Origin: an uncultured bacterium
Lineage (GTDB): Bacteria; Desulfobacterota_D; UBA1144; Nemesobacterales; UBA2774
Assembly (NCBI GenBank): GCA_963705505.1
Contig: CAVPJU010000003.1
Coordinates: forward strand, 128,001 to 192,000
Length of the DNA: 64,000 nucleotides
Direction: 5' to 3'
Shown here: piece after piece, positions 8,461 to 20,740 of the stretch
Position numbering within the stretch: position 1 is the stretch's first letter
Layout of the letters: every line of letters begins with the position of its first letter
Position numbers and translations under genes: made by a program
The notes under the pieces: generated by a model
What the model saw: the letters and a program-made list of their open reading frames with translations, nothing else
Told to the model about the DNA's origin: nothing
Databases searched by the model: none

Positions 8461-8898
8461 ATGAAAAAGTTGTGTTTGTTGATAATTGTAAATATTGGAG
8501 TGTTCTGCACTTTAATTGTTGTCATTGAGATTTCTGGTCAAATAGCCTACTATCTCCGTCACGGAAAATTTATTTTCCAGACATCAGATTATAACAGTGA
8601 AGATTATCAAGATCATCTCCAAGCATTCGAGCTACACCCCTATCTCGTAGGAAGGCTCAAGAAAAATATTACTATCAATAGTGTCGAAAACAGCGCGAAG
8701 ATAAAAACCACGAACCGCCATACCCGGTGGACCGGCGCTCCCGAAGACGATAGAAATCTTATAAGAGTTGCCGTACTCGGTGGGTCCACTGCTTTCGGCA
8801 CGGGAGTGACCGATCGCGTGCATTTTGCGACCCTGCATAGCAGGCACAATGAGCGCTTCACCTTTTGTGCTTTCCATCCGATATTTGCCCTCGAGTAA
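8461..8898 (+). pseudogene. Truncated membrane-anchored SGNH/GDSL hydrolase-like gene
   Basis: N-terminal TM helix and block I RVAVLGGSTAFG; similarity ends near 8812 and later SGNH blocks are absent. Confidence 0.6.
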
Positions 8899-9112
8899 AT
8901 AGTTAACCCATTGTATGCGTGAATGTTCTCTATTACTATTCTCTGACAAAGAGGAGGCTCTTGTCAATATCCCTTCCGGCCGCGCAAGGAAAGTATATGA
9001 TGGGTCCAGCGTGGCTGAGTCAAGCCATTGCAGCAGATCCTGTATACAAGCGCGATTTAGCTATTCCGAGTTGAACAAAATCTGTCGAAAGAAATTTGCG
9101 CCGCGGGCAATA

Positions 9113-9472
9113 TTACGACCCCTGAGCGTACCGGGCCATACCAGTGATATCGATTACAACCACAGGCTCGTTCCCGACCACCCACGCGTCATGCCCGGGC
9201 GGTACGTACGACACGTCGCCCGGCCCGAATTCTTCCTCCGAGCCGTCATCCATTTTGACCCTCAAGCGCCCGGAAACGTGATATTGGGTGTGAGGGGCCT
9301 CGCAGCTTTTCGTCTTGGCGATCGGCTTTATACTCTCAGACCACTTCCATCCCGGCTCTAGGGTGGCCCGGCCAAAAGATATGCCGGCCAGTGAAACCAG
9401 CTCGAGTCTCCCATTCGGGAACGACCGTAATTCATCCGGAACGTCCAGGTTTTTCTTTTCCATTTTAGCCAT
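9113..9472 (-). CDS. Cupin domain protein
   Basis: AAGGAG RBS; EPGWKWSE, CEAPH, VPPGHDAWVVG. Confidence 0.88.
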   Translation of the reverse strand: MAKMEKKNLDVPDELRSFPNGRLELVSLAGISFGRATLEPGWKWSESIKPIAKTKSCEAPHTQYHVSGRLRVKMDDGSEEEFGPGDVSYVPPGHDAWVVGNEPVVVIDITGMARYAQGS

Positions 9473-9679
9473 GTTCGGTCATCTCCTTTAATCTAAATAT
9501 AGCATTTGTTATATGTATATTTCAGATTTTCTCATAAACAATAAAATTTTGCAATAGAAGCCTGCAGTTAATCAGGGATGACGGATTTTTTGTCAATGAA
9601 GGATAAGGCTGTATAGGAGCCGGGAGCCGCATTGTGACTTCAATAACTCAATCCGCACGGTTTACAAATGTACATATAA

Positions 9680-10858
9680 CTACGTTCTATAGGTCTTTAA
9701 AAAACCAATAAACCCCCCATATATAAGCGATATAAAAGGTAAAGGGTCACGCATCGAGAGAACGGCGAACGATTTTACGCCGTAGAGAGATTTAAGCCAC
9801 CCCCCTAAAGACAGCCTGCCCATTCTGTAATAGGCCCAGGCGGAAAGAATGTCCTGATGAAGGGAAATCCATTTTACGCCTGCATACCGCTGCCCGTCGT
9901 ACGAAGGTAAAGGTAGTCCCGACGCATCGCAGTACATCGTATATAGTATGGGCACGCCGGCAGCTTCGACGAGACCTATCCTCGTAACAGGACGTCCTAT
10001 GTTGGGCTCGATTATGAAATATCTGCCGCTCGAATTGTCCAGTTTAAATTCGATCGAGCCTATCCCTCTGAACTTGATCCTGCCGAGCACCTCCGCCGTC
10101 GTATTCAATACCAGATCATTCCTGCATTCTTCGGCCAGGCACGCGTCCCCATCGTCTATAAACCATTGTCTCAGCTTACGCGACGTGAACGTAACCGATT
10201 GATTATAATCCTTATCGTGATAAAAAATGCACGAATACAGGTCGGAATCACTGCCATTAATCCATTCCTGGACTATTACATTCTCTCCCGCTCCAGAGCA
10301 TGTCTCGAACACATCTGAGAGCTCCTGAGGGCTCTTAACTTTAATCACTTTATTTTTAAAATATCTGAACCAGTTTGGGGTCCTCACGACGGGCTTGACT
10401 ATATAAGGGAACTTGGCCTTGTTTAGTATCTCGTCCAAGTCCGATTTGTTCGAGGGAAAGAAGGTAGCGGGGATCGGAAGGCCGTTATCGAACGCATACC
10501 TGTAAAAATTTTGCTTGTTCATATAGAGGTCCAGAACATCCGCGTCGGGGATTACGAAGTTATAGAATTCCCCGAGTCTCTCCCTGTTGTCCGATACAAT
10601 GCGCACACTTTCGTCGCTGCACAGGAAGAGCACGGGCTTTCCCCGCAATTTTCGGGCTAAGCTCAATAACGTATCTAAAAGTTTCGCGTCTGAAGTGTCG
10701 GCAAAGAGAATTTCCTCACATGAATTGGTCTTGCAGCAGTAATGCCCTGGATCATCGGCGATACCGACGACCGGTACTTTATAGCGCGACAATACCCTTG
10801 CTGTATCCAATCCAGTTATGGAATCGAGTTTTATGACGACTGCAGGCGGCCTAATCAA
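9680..10858 (-). CDS. ATP-grasp carboxylate-amine ligase (D-aspartate ligase-like)
   Basis: NKQNFY, FPYIVKP, IVQEWING, KLRQW, IEFKLD, IEPNIGR. Confidence 0.8.
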   Translation of the reverse strand: MIRPPAVVIKLDSITGLDTARVLSRYKVPVVGIADDPGHYCCKTNSCEEILFADTSDAKLLDTLLSLARKLRGKPVLFLCSDESVRIVSDNRERLGEFYNFVIPDADVLDLYMNKQNFYRYAFDNGLPIPATFFPSNKSDLDEILNKAKFPYIVKPVVRTPNWFRYFKNKVIKVKSPQELSDVFETCSGAGENVIVQEWINGSDSDLYSCIFYHDKDYNQSVTFTSRKLRQWFIDDGDACLAEECRNDLVLNTTAEVLGRIKFRGIGSIEFKLDNSSGRYFIIEPNIGRPVTRIGLVEAAGVPILYTMYCDASGLPLPSYDGQRYAGVKWISLHQDILSAWAYYRMGRLSLGGWLKSLYGVKSFAVLSMRDPLPFISLIYGGFIGFLKTYRT

Positions 10859-11056
10859 TGGTCTCCTGATGAATGCTAAAGAATTTTGATAAGAGGATAT
10901 TATATACGGCTCTGAATTAAAGACGAATACGGAACACTAAATCGAAATCGGCTCATTTAAACCCGTGGATTGCATAGAATTTTAAGGAAGCTCCCAGAGG
11001 TCCTCGTCCGGGAGCGTGATAGGTTCTACGGCTTTGTTATGAAGTTTCCGGATTGG

Positions 11057-12430
11057 CTATTTTAAAAAATTCTTGACATCGAGCAAAATGAATTCGTTAT
11101 CATCGTTCTTCCCCAGAGTCCGTCCGGACGAATATCCGAAATTGTTATCGTTGGAAACGACTATATGCGTCGGATCGTATATATCGACGCCTTCGACCGT
11201 TTCAAAAGGGAACGTGAATACAGGCCGCTTAGCTTCGAGCCGCGAGACACCGTTGGGGTCTTTTATATCGAGTAAGTCGATATAAGCCACCTTCTTAACG
11301 AATCCGTCCTTGTCTAAATCGCCCATGTCGATCTTATAAATCCGCTTGAATTTCGCGGGATCATCGAAACAATTTCCCGCTGCCGCTTCCTTTTTATTAC
11401 CATCACAGGCGAATCCAGCATCGCCCTCACCGGGATCCCTCTCTATGACAAGCCCCATAGTCTCGTTTATGAGATTAAAATCAGTTACGGAATGACTCTT
11501 ATCTTCAAGAGCGTATTTATATGACTTCCCCGTAAAACCGCCTTTCTCAATATCGAACTCGAAAATCCGGACGTAGTATTTCCCGTCACGGTTCTCAAAC
11601 GATTTGGTCTCTTCGATCCACAACGGCGCTTCTACTATCGGGTACAGGTATCTCCCGTCGGGTGAAACAGCTATGCTCTCAAAACCGCGGGACTTCTTCA
11701 CATCGAATGTCACAACGCCGGGAACCGGAAGAGACTGGAACGTGTAGTGATCGGGAGACCTGAGTATTTTGCCGCCGACATCGAATTCCCAGAATCCGGT
11801 CAGCTTTCCGTCCGGATCAGTGCGAATAATGTAGGGCCCGAACTCATCTCCTATGTACACCGAATCCCCGACCACCTGTATGGACTCGGGATCGATGTCA
11901 GCCCCCGTCAGATAACGCTTCTTGGTCGCCTCATCGGTAATGCGGAAAGGCAGAATCCGGTCGGGGTCATGTAAAAAGACCGTTTGTAAAACCTTTACCT
12001 TACCCTTATCCCAGTCGAACTTAATACGATGGAACATGAGCATCGCGTCGGGCGAGTTTTTGGCGGTGCCGATAACCGTTATCGGTAATTAAAACCGCGG
12101 TGCCGTCTTTTAACATCTTTATGCCGGAAAAACCCTGTAAGGGCTGCCCTTCGATAGGCAGAATAAATATCCTTTACACGGGGCTTATTACGATCCTTCC
12201 CCGATATCGATCCCACCTCGTCCCTCCGTTTCGCATCGGGATGAGTGTATTTGCCCGTAACCTGCAAATGCTCCGGAGCATCACCGGGGAGGCTTAAAAC
12301 AGACATGGCGGGAATGATTGCGTGGGCGGAGAGGACGGCTTCGACTTTCTCCTGCTCCCGATGCTAAAGGAGAGAAATAAAGGGTGACTGTTAATAGAAT
12401 CAACGCAGAGATAAATGTCCGGTTTCTCAC
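11057..12430 (-). CDS. Exported esterase-like activity of phytase family protein, broken by three +1 frameshifts (~12358, ~12162, ~12072)
   Basis: Reconstruction gives signal peptide, AHAIIPA, GQPLQGFSGI, DNG.G..KNSPD, then DPESI, GDEFGP, SRGFE, PFETVEG, NDNNF. Confidence 0.78.
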
Positions 12431-12538
12431 TCCCGGTAAAAATACTTTAATTGCGGATTTGTTTCCAGATGCCGCCTGAATATTGAAATTGGCTCAATTA
12501 GATTGATTAGAACGCGTCAGGATTCACGAAACCGACCT

Positions 12539-13138
12539 TCAGAGCAGCTTCGCGAGGTCTTCGTCCGAGAGCTCGATGGGCTCGACGGCCTCGTTGATGT
12601 TCTTTCTGAAATTGGAGAGGCTCTCTCCGAGGAGATAGCATGTGAGGAGGGACCTTATGTGCTTGTGCATTATTACGAGAACCTTTTCACCGGGATACCT
12701 GAGAGCGATCTCCCGGATCGTCTTCCTGATGCGCGTCTGGACTTCCTCGAGGGTTTCAGGTCCGTTCGGTATCGGTATGCTCGTAATCCCGTCTATGAAC
12801 CATTCCCTGAACCTGGTGGACGGGTCGCTCAGAAGGTCTTCGTATTTCTGTCCGTTCCAGTCCCCGTGATCCAGCTCCCGTAAACCCTGGTGAACGTCGA
12901 GCGGTATTTTCAGATTGTCCGCATAGTACTGCGAGGTCTGCCGGGCGCGCTTGAGGGGACTCGAAACTATCCTGTCGAATTCGTACTTTTCCACTATGGG
13001 AAGGGTGTCCTTTGCCTCGGCCCACCCGACGTCGCAAAGCGGCAGATCGGTGGTTCCAATGAGTCTCCCTTCGAGGTTCCAGTCAGTTTTACAATGACGG
13101 CCAAGATATATCTTTGCGGTATTCAACGGTTCGCTCAT
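12539..13138 (-). CDS. Histidine phosphatase (phosphoglycerate mutase) family protein
   Basis: RHCKTDWN, SSPLKRARQT, LRELDHGDWNG, second His in VIMH. Confidence 0.88.
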   Translation of the reverse strand: MSEPLNTAKIYLGRHCKTDWNLEGRLIGTTDLPLCDVGWAEAKDTLPIVEKYEFDRIVSSPLKRARQTSQYYADNLKIPLDVHQGLRELDHGDWNGQKYEDLLSDPSTRFREWFIDGITSIPIPNGPETLEEVQTRIRKTIREIALRYPGEKVLVIMHKHIRSLLTCYLLGESLSNFRKNINEAVEPIELSDEDLAKLL

Positions 13139-13233
13139 CTGATTTTACGGGTTGTCGGGGTTATGAATTAAAGCGCCATTCGACGCAAGCAAGGCATCAA
13201 TATACCGAAGGAAACATTTTTTACAATACGGTG

Positions 13234-14922
13234 TTAATTAATCGAGCCCACCCTCTTCTCCACCGTTTCGTTTTCCTCATCGGCTATCAGGGTGCTTTTC
13301 TTTAAATGCGGGAGGTATTTCCCTCCGAGCGTAATATGCCCCTCCTCCACGCCTTCAGTGAGCCTCTTTACGAGATAGTCCCTGTTGAGCCCGAGTATGT
13401 TCACTCCGTGATCCGATTCCACGAGGCAGAGCATCTTGATGCTATCCCCGTTCCTGTTCGCGAGCTCATATATCGCCGAGTAGTTAAGCAAAGCTGCCTC
13501 GACCGTGCCGCATGGCAGCGACGGGTTCCTTGCCCCCGCGAAATACTCGCTCTGTCCGAACCAGGCAGGGTCCGGGTATCCGTGGAAGTGGAGAATTGGC
13601 AGCCCTTCCTTTATCAGCTGCGGCGTGTACAGCGCGGCCGCCATCGCCTGAGCCAGTATCACATAGGTATCGAAAGACGGCCTTATGTCCCTCCTGTGAA
13701 GGTCGACCCCCCTCGGGGTTTCGAGATTGAGCTTCCCTTTTATGAGACCTATCCTGACGACGTCAGTGTTGGGGTCAAGATTGGTCTTATTGCTTCCGGA
13801 GCGCGACGTTACTATCCAGAGGTCGGGCACCTGCTGGTAGGCCTCCTTCCCCCTAAGAAGCGTTTTAACATACCACCTGCCTTCTTCGTTCTCTCTCACC
13901 GTATCGTCATTCAGGCTTTCGACTTTCGAGAACCTGTCCCATTCCTCTTTCGTTACCGTTACGGGACCTTCGTACCTGGGCGCTTCGGCTATGGCGATGA
14001 ATCCGTAAGAAACTCCCGTCCTGCCTTCGAGTATCTTCTCGACGACGTCCCTGTGGGATAGCCTCGTAATTTTTTCGCTGAACTTGGACCCCTGAGGGAA
14101 AAGAGACGTCGACTCCACGAGCTTCCCGAGGTCGGACAGCTGCCTGGGGAAAACGGAGTGGGACGGTTCGTATTCCCCCTTCTTGAACCTCGTAAGCACG
14201 GGGGGCTTTATAGGGGCGTAAATCTTGGGGATTAAGGAATTCAGCACGAATTCGTCAAGCTCATCGTTCCGGTATATAGAATCCGAGAGATTCATGTTGA
14301 CGAGCGAAAACCTGTCGGGCGCTATACCCATAACGATTTCGGACATTGTGGTGATAAGGTTATTAAGCCCGATCGCTATCTTTCTGTCGTAGGTCGTGTT
14401 CCCGTCGGCAAACTCGGGCTCAAGGGGCATGAGGGTGATTATCTGAGTATTGAATGGGTCCTGAACGTACCTTGCGGTAAAGTCGTCAGCCCAGCCGCTT
14501 ATTTTTAGTATTTCCATCACCGATCTTTCGGGCTTCCGCGCGCGGACGTAGATCCTTTCAGCGAGACTGCTCAATATATTTCTGGTAAGAGAGTATTCCC
14601 TTTTGACATCGACCACGGCATGGATGCTGCTCTTTACCTTCCTCGTCCGCAATATCCTCGAAATAATCCCCGGAGGGACTTCGGCAGCCTCGTCCCAGGG
14701 TATCACCTGGACTCCGTTCTCTCTCAGTTCTTGCTCGAGCTTTTCCCTGAAGCGTATTACTATATGGTTGCCGAAATCTTTCGGTAAAGGCCTGAATGTA
14801 ACCCTTACCCTTTTTGCCATTTCGGAGGGCATCCTGGGATTGACCAGCTCTTTCTGAGGGGGCATACCGGTCAGGCTTATAATAGTGCTGAGCTCAAGAT
14901 CAGCTAATTTATGATTATCCAT
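13234..14922 (-). CDS. Hypothetical protein (~562 aa) with class II aldolase/adducin-like C-terminal motifs
   Basis: Long ORF with GGAGAG RBS before ATG 14922; LHFHGYP, PCGT, ESDHG. Confidence 0.75.
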   Translation of the reverse strand: MDNHKLADLELSTIISLTGMPPQKELVNPRMPSEMAKRVRVTFRPLPKDFGNHIVIRFREKLEQELRENGVQVIPWDEAAEVPPGIISRILRTRKVKSSIHAVVDVKREYSLTRNILSSLAERIYVRARKPERSVMEILKISGWADDFTARYVQDPFNTQIITLMPLEPEFADGNTTYDRKIAIGLNNLITTMSEIVMGIAPDRFSLVNMNLSDSIYRNDELDEFVLNSLIPKIYAPIKPPVLTRFKKGEYEPSHSVFPRQLSDLGKLVESTSLFPQGSKFSEKITRLSHRDVVEKILEGRTGVSYGFIAIAEAPRYEGPVTVTKEEWDRFSKVESLNDDTVRENEEGRWYVKTLLRGKEAYQQVPDLWIVTSRSGSNKTNLDPNTDVVRIGLIKGKLNLETPRGVDLHRRDIRPSFDTYVILAQAMAAALYTPQLIKEGLPILHFHGYPDPAWFGQSEYFAGARNPSLPCGTVEAALLNYSAIYELANRNGDSIKMLCLVESDHGVNILGLNRDYLVKRLTEGVEEGHITLGGKYLPHLKKSTLIADEENETVEKRVGSIN

Positions 14923-15183
14923 TTTCTCTCCTGCTTCCGATACTTCCCATTCCCGAGGTGCTCTTGACCGTGCTCGCTTACTCAAATTCCATATTTATCA
15001 GACACTCGTGCATTCAAATCATGTAAATGAAAACGTATCTTTTAATTTTTTTAGTGAACCGAAGTTAACAGCTTATCATTATAGACTATGGATCGCAGTT
15101 ACTCAACAAAGGGCTCGGTCATGGTTAAGTATAGACGATAATAATTATTAAACAATTTCCGCGGGACGGGCAAAGGCTGCTCC

Positions 15184-15906
15184 TCAGATAGACGCCTGAC
15201 CCTCCTCGCGGTCAAGTACTTCCTCCATCTGAGCCCTCACAATCCTCATGAGCTCCTCCCTTCCCTCCCTGCCCGGAGGCAGATGCCCGACGTCGATCGG
15301 AGGGAGTATCCTGATTTTCATGGTGCCCGGCTTGAGCACCTTCGAGCCTTTGGACATGATGCTCAGTCCGCCCGTTATCACCATCGGTACTACCGGTACT
15401 CCGGCAAGCATGGCGATGAAGAATCCGCCCTTCTGGAAGGGCAGCAGCTTGCCCTCTTTGCCCCTCGTGCCCTCGGGGGCGATCAGTACCGACGGCCCCG
15501 ACCGTATTTTGCTCACGATCTTTTTGACTTCTTTCGTATCCCTCTCGGAGCCGTCCCTCGCGACGAAATAGTGACCGGCGATCCTGGCGACCCAGCCGAT
15601 GAACGGCATATTCCCGACTTCCTTCTTCATTACGGCCTTCCAGTCTATGGGAAGTGCGGCCATATATGCGAATATATCGAATACGCTCTGGTGGTTATAC
15701 ATTATTATGGAAGGCTCTTCCGGGATATTCTCGAGGCCTTTCACGTCGAGCTTCACTCCGGCTGTGTACAGTATCGAGCGTGCCCACGGCCTCACGGCGT
15801 ATTTAACCGCCGCCGACGGCGAAAACACAGCCAGTATGACACCGTAAATCCCGAAAAACACCGTATAAATTACAAACGCAATCCAGCAGAGAATAGTTCT
15901 GAACAT
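15184..15906 (-). CDS. plsC: 1-acyl-sn-glycerol-3-phosphate acyltransferase
   Basis: NHQSVFD (HxxxxD), PEGTR, FQKGGF, VPVVP. Confidence 0.88.
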   Translation of the reverse strand: MFRTILCWIAFVIYTVFFGIYGVILAVFSPSAAVKYAVRPWARSILYTAGVKLDVKGLENIPEEPSIIMYNHQSVFDIFAYMAALPIDWKAVMKKEVGNMPFIGWVARIAGHYFVARDGSERDTKEVKKIVSKIRSGPSVLIAPEGTRGKEGKLLPFQKGGFFIAMLAGVPVVPMVITGGLSIMSKGSKVLKPGTMKIRILPPIDVGHLPPGREGREELMRIVRAQMEEVLDREEGQASI

Positions 15907-16058
15907 AAAATTGAAAATGGATTCTAGTCCGGTATCCCTCTCTAAAAAGATTCATACGACGGCAGGGCCCTGTCAAGAACCGCCGTCGGGGAAAAAGAGC
16001 AAGACTCAGCTCACATCAAAATAAATAAGCATCCGCCTCGTTATTTCAAGGTAAATCT

Positions 16059-16997
16059 CTATAATCCTTCTGCCGACATTATCCTGAGCGCACCGGGTGC
16101 GACCTCGATCCTGTGCGTGCCGGGGTCGATGTAAAAAGGCTCCCCGTCCATGTGAGCGGGCTCCGGGCGCTCGAGAGTTATTTCCATCCGCGGCCCTGTT
16201 CGCAGCTCCACCTCCGCGAGGCCCGAATGGGTCCCCTTGAGCACTTTCGGAATTTTGATGAGCCTCTGTAAAGGCGGCATATCCTTTATGATGTGGAAAT
16301 CCAAAAGCCCGTCGTCCACTTTAGCCCCCGGGGCGAGTTTGAACTTCCCGCCCTGATATACGCCGTTCGATGCCCCCGTCAGAAGAAGCGTGCCTGAGTA
16401 TTTCCAGCCCCCTATCGCAATCTCGGTCCGGAACCCCTTGAAGGAAAAGGCTTCCTGAACCGCCCCCAGTAAATAGCCCAACTGTCCGCGGAACCGCTTG
16501 AGCTTCTTGAACCGGTGGGATACGGCCCCGTCAAGCCCGATACCGAGCCCGTTGATAAAATAGATGTCCCCCAGTTTACCCACGTCCACCGAGCGCTCAC
16601 GCCCCGAAAAAACGGTTTCTACCGCCTGGGCGGTTTCGAGCGGAATACCGGCTGATTTGGGGAAGTCGTTGCCGCTCCCCGACGGAATCGTCCCGAAAAT
16701 CAGGGGCGACCCCATGATACCGTTCACGACCTCGTGAGAAGTCCCGTCCCCCCCGACCGCGACGATATGAGTAAAGCCGCCGGAGAGGGCGTCCCTTGCG
16801 AAAGCCTCCGCATCACCCTGTCCTGACGTGAATCTGCACTCAAACGCAACGTCCCGGTTCTCGAGCAGGGGTATTATCGAGTCGAACAAGCCGGCCGTCC
16901 TGCCCTGTCCCGCAGCCGGATTGACAATGAACAAATATTTTGCGTCTTTCAAATTCTGGCCTTTCAAGTAAAATCTAAGAAGCATAAAACATAGCAT
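16059..16997 (-). CDS. Diacylglycerol kinase family lipid kinase (YegS/BmrU-like); true start may be TTG at 16952
   Basis: IVNPAAG, AVGGDGT, IPSGSGNDF, DDGLLD, HMDGE. Confidence 0.9.
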   Translation of the reverse strand: MLCFMLLRFYLKGQNLKDAKYLFIVNPAAGQGRTAGLFDSIIPLLENRDVAFECRFTSGQGDAEAFARDALSGGFTHIVAVGGDGTSHEVVNGIMGSPLIFGTIPSGSGNDFPKSAGIPLETAQAVETVFSGRERSVDVGKLGDIYFINGLGIGLDGAVSHRFKKLKRFRGQLGYLLGAVQEAFSFKGFRTEIAIGGWKYSGTLLLTGASNGVYQGGKFKLAPGAKVDDGLLDFHIIKDMPPLQRLIKIPKVLKGTHSGLAEVELRTGPRMEITLERPEPAHMDGEPFYIDPGTHRIEVAPGALRIMSAEGL

Positions 16998-17111
16998 TTT
17001 TCAACATCGTTTACAAAGCAAACCGTCGAGATACTTGAAATAGGCTATATTATATGTTAATAAAGTTCGTTTTATCCAAATAAAAATCGGTATAAATCAG
17101 GAGGCATTTTA

Positions 17112-18113
17112 ATGGTAGAAGAAATCCAGCCTACCGAACAGGTGAATGAGGTCATAAGCATGAAACAGCTTCTCGAAGCGGGGGTTCATTTCGGCCACCA
17201 GATAAGCCACTGGAACCCGAAAATGAAGGAATATATTTTCGGGAGCAGGAACGGCATACACATCATCGATCTTCAGCAGACCGTGGGTCTCTTCAAAAAG
17301 TCCTACAACTTCGTGAGAGATGTTGTTGCTAACGGCGGGGAAGTACTGTTCGTAGGGACCAAGAAGCAGGCGCAGGGCATAATAGCGGAGGAGACCACGC
17401 GCTCCGGCATGCCTTACGTAAACACCCGCTGGCTCGGGGGCACGCTTACAAACTTTCACACCATCAGATCACGCGTTGACTACCTGCTCGAACTAAAGAA
17501 GCTCGAAGAGGAAGGGCAGATGGAGCGGCTGCCCAAGAAAGAAGCCAAGGGATTAAAGAGGGAGATCCAGAAGCTCGAACTGCTGCTGGGCGGCATAGTG
17601 AATATGAAGAGGATCCCGAATATATTGTATATCGTCGATACGAGAAAAGAACATATAGCGGTTCACGAGGCGAGGAGGCTCGGCATTCCGATCGTCGCCG
17701 TAGTGGATACCAATTCCGACCCTGCTGACGCCGATTTCGTAATCCCCAGCAACGACGACGCCATCAGGGCTATAAAACTTTTCACGTCCAGGATCGCGGA
17801 CGCATGCGTTGAGGGAAAGCACGCCTACGAACAGAAGCTCCAGGCGGGAGAAGTCGTCAGAAAGCGGGACGAAGGCCAGGTCATAGTCGAAAGGAAGGTC
17901 TTCGTGTTCAAGGAATTCGGAGAAGAACCCGAAAAAGAGGTAACGACGTCCGTTGCGGTATCGGAAAGCAGTACGGGCGTGGAGACGCCTCACCACGGAG
18001 AGCCGGAAAAGAAAGATAAGCCGGCCGCCAAACCTAAAGCGCCGACGCCGACAAAGAGCGCTGAAGAAGAGGAAGATACCTATACCTACACTCATACCGA
18101 TAAAGTCGAATAA
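17112..18113 (+). CDS. rpsB: 30S ribosomal protein S2 with long C-terminal extension
   Basis: [41 protein letters not shown]. Confidence 0.97.
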   Translation: MVEEIQPTEQVNEVISMKQLLEAGVHFGHQISHWNPKMKEYIFGSRNGIHIIDLQQTVGLFKKSYNFVRDVVANGGEVLFVGTKKQAQGIIAEETTRSGMPYVNTRWLGGTLTNFHTIRSRVDYLLELKKLEEEGQMERLPKKEAKGLKREIQKLELLLGGIVNMKRIPNILYIVDTRKEHIAVHEARRLGIPIVAVVDTNSDPADADFVIPSNDDAIRAIKLFTSRIADACVEGKHAYEQKLQAGEVVRKRDEGQVIVERKVFVFKEFGEEPEKEVTTSVAVSESSTGVETPHHGEPEKKDKPAAKPKAPTPTKSAEEEEDTYTYTHTDKVE

Positions 18114-18173
18114 TTTGCGGTTCGATCCGAATGAGGGACATCACGGAAGAAACACAGGAGGAATTGTTACGAA

Positions 18174-20104
<1,931 letters not shown>

Positions 20105-20253
20105 CTAGAACCTTTACCCGTGCCGTTTCAATCAGACCTTTACCGATTCATATCCGGCTTTAAAACCAAAAAGTCTCTAAATCACAAGCAATTGTAGGTT
20201 TTGGGGAATTACTCTATAATTACGGTAGAGAATAAAGGGAATATGGACGGGCG

Positions 20254-20499
20254 ATGAGAGACCAGCTTTCAAATGTTTTTTCTTATATGTTTATGGCATC
20301 AATCTTTGTATCTGTTGTCTCCCTATTTGCTGTTTTAATCATTTTTCTGAGGTCCTTCATAATGGAAATAGGAGAGATGGAGAAACAGACCGGATACGCC
20401 TTTTTATATATTTTCATAATATGTATAATCTTAGCTCCGGTTTTTCTATTCTTATCCAACAGGTTGGAGAAATACAAAAGGCGGATGGACGGGGTTTGA
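20254..20499 (+). CDS. Small two-TM membrane protein
   Basis: Two hydrophobic segments; TATAAT upstream. Confidence 0.6.
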   Translation: MRDQLSNVFSYMFMASIFVSVVSLFAVLIIFLRSFIMEIGEMEKQTGYAFLYIFIICIILAPVFLFLSNRLEKYKRRMDGV

Positions 20500-20740
20500 G
20501 CGTATCAATTTTTCTATAATTAAGGGAAGCAAACACATACCGGTTACGAAGTACATACAGGGATTTAAACCGATATGCAATAAGCTGTGATTAGAGTCGC
20601 TCGGGTTCTATTTGCAGCATCAACCCCGAAAGTACTGGATGATGGGTTCATGGATCAAATTCTTATAATCACGCGAAATACCGCGAACCGGTGTTATACC
20701 CGCCGATATGCGGCATCAGTGAATCCGTTCGGGTTTTATC

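Noticed and set aside
20500..20740. c-di-GMP or other riboswitch before the kinase
   Set aside because: Consensus elements could not be matched by eye
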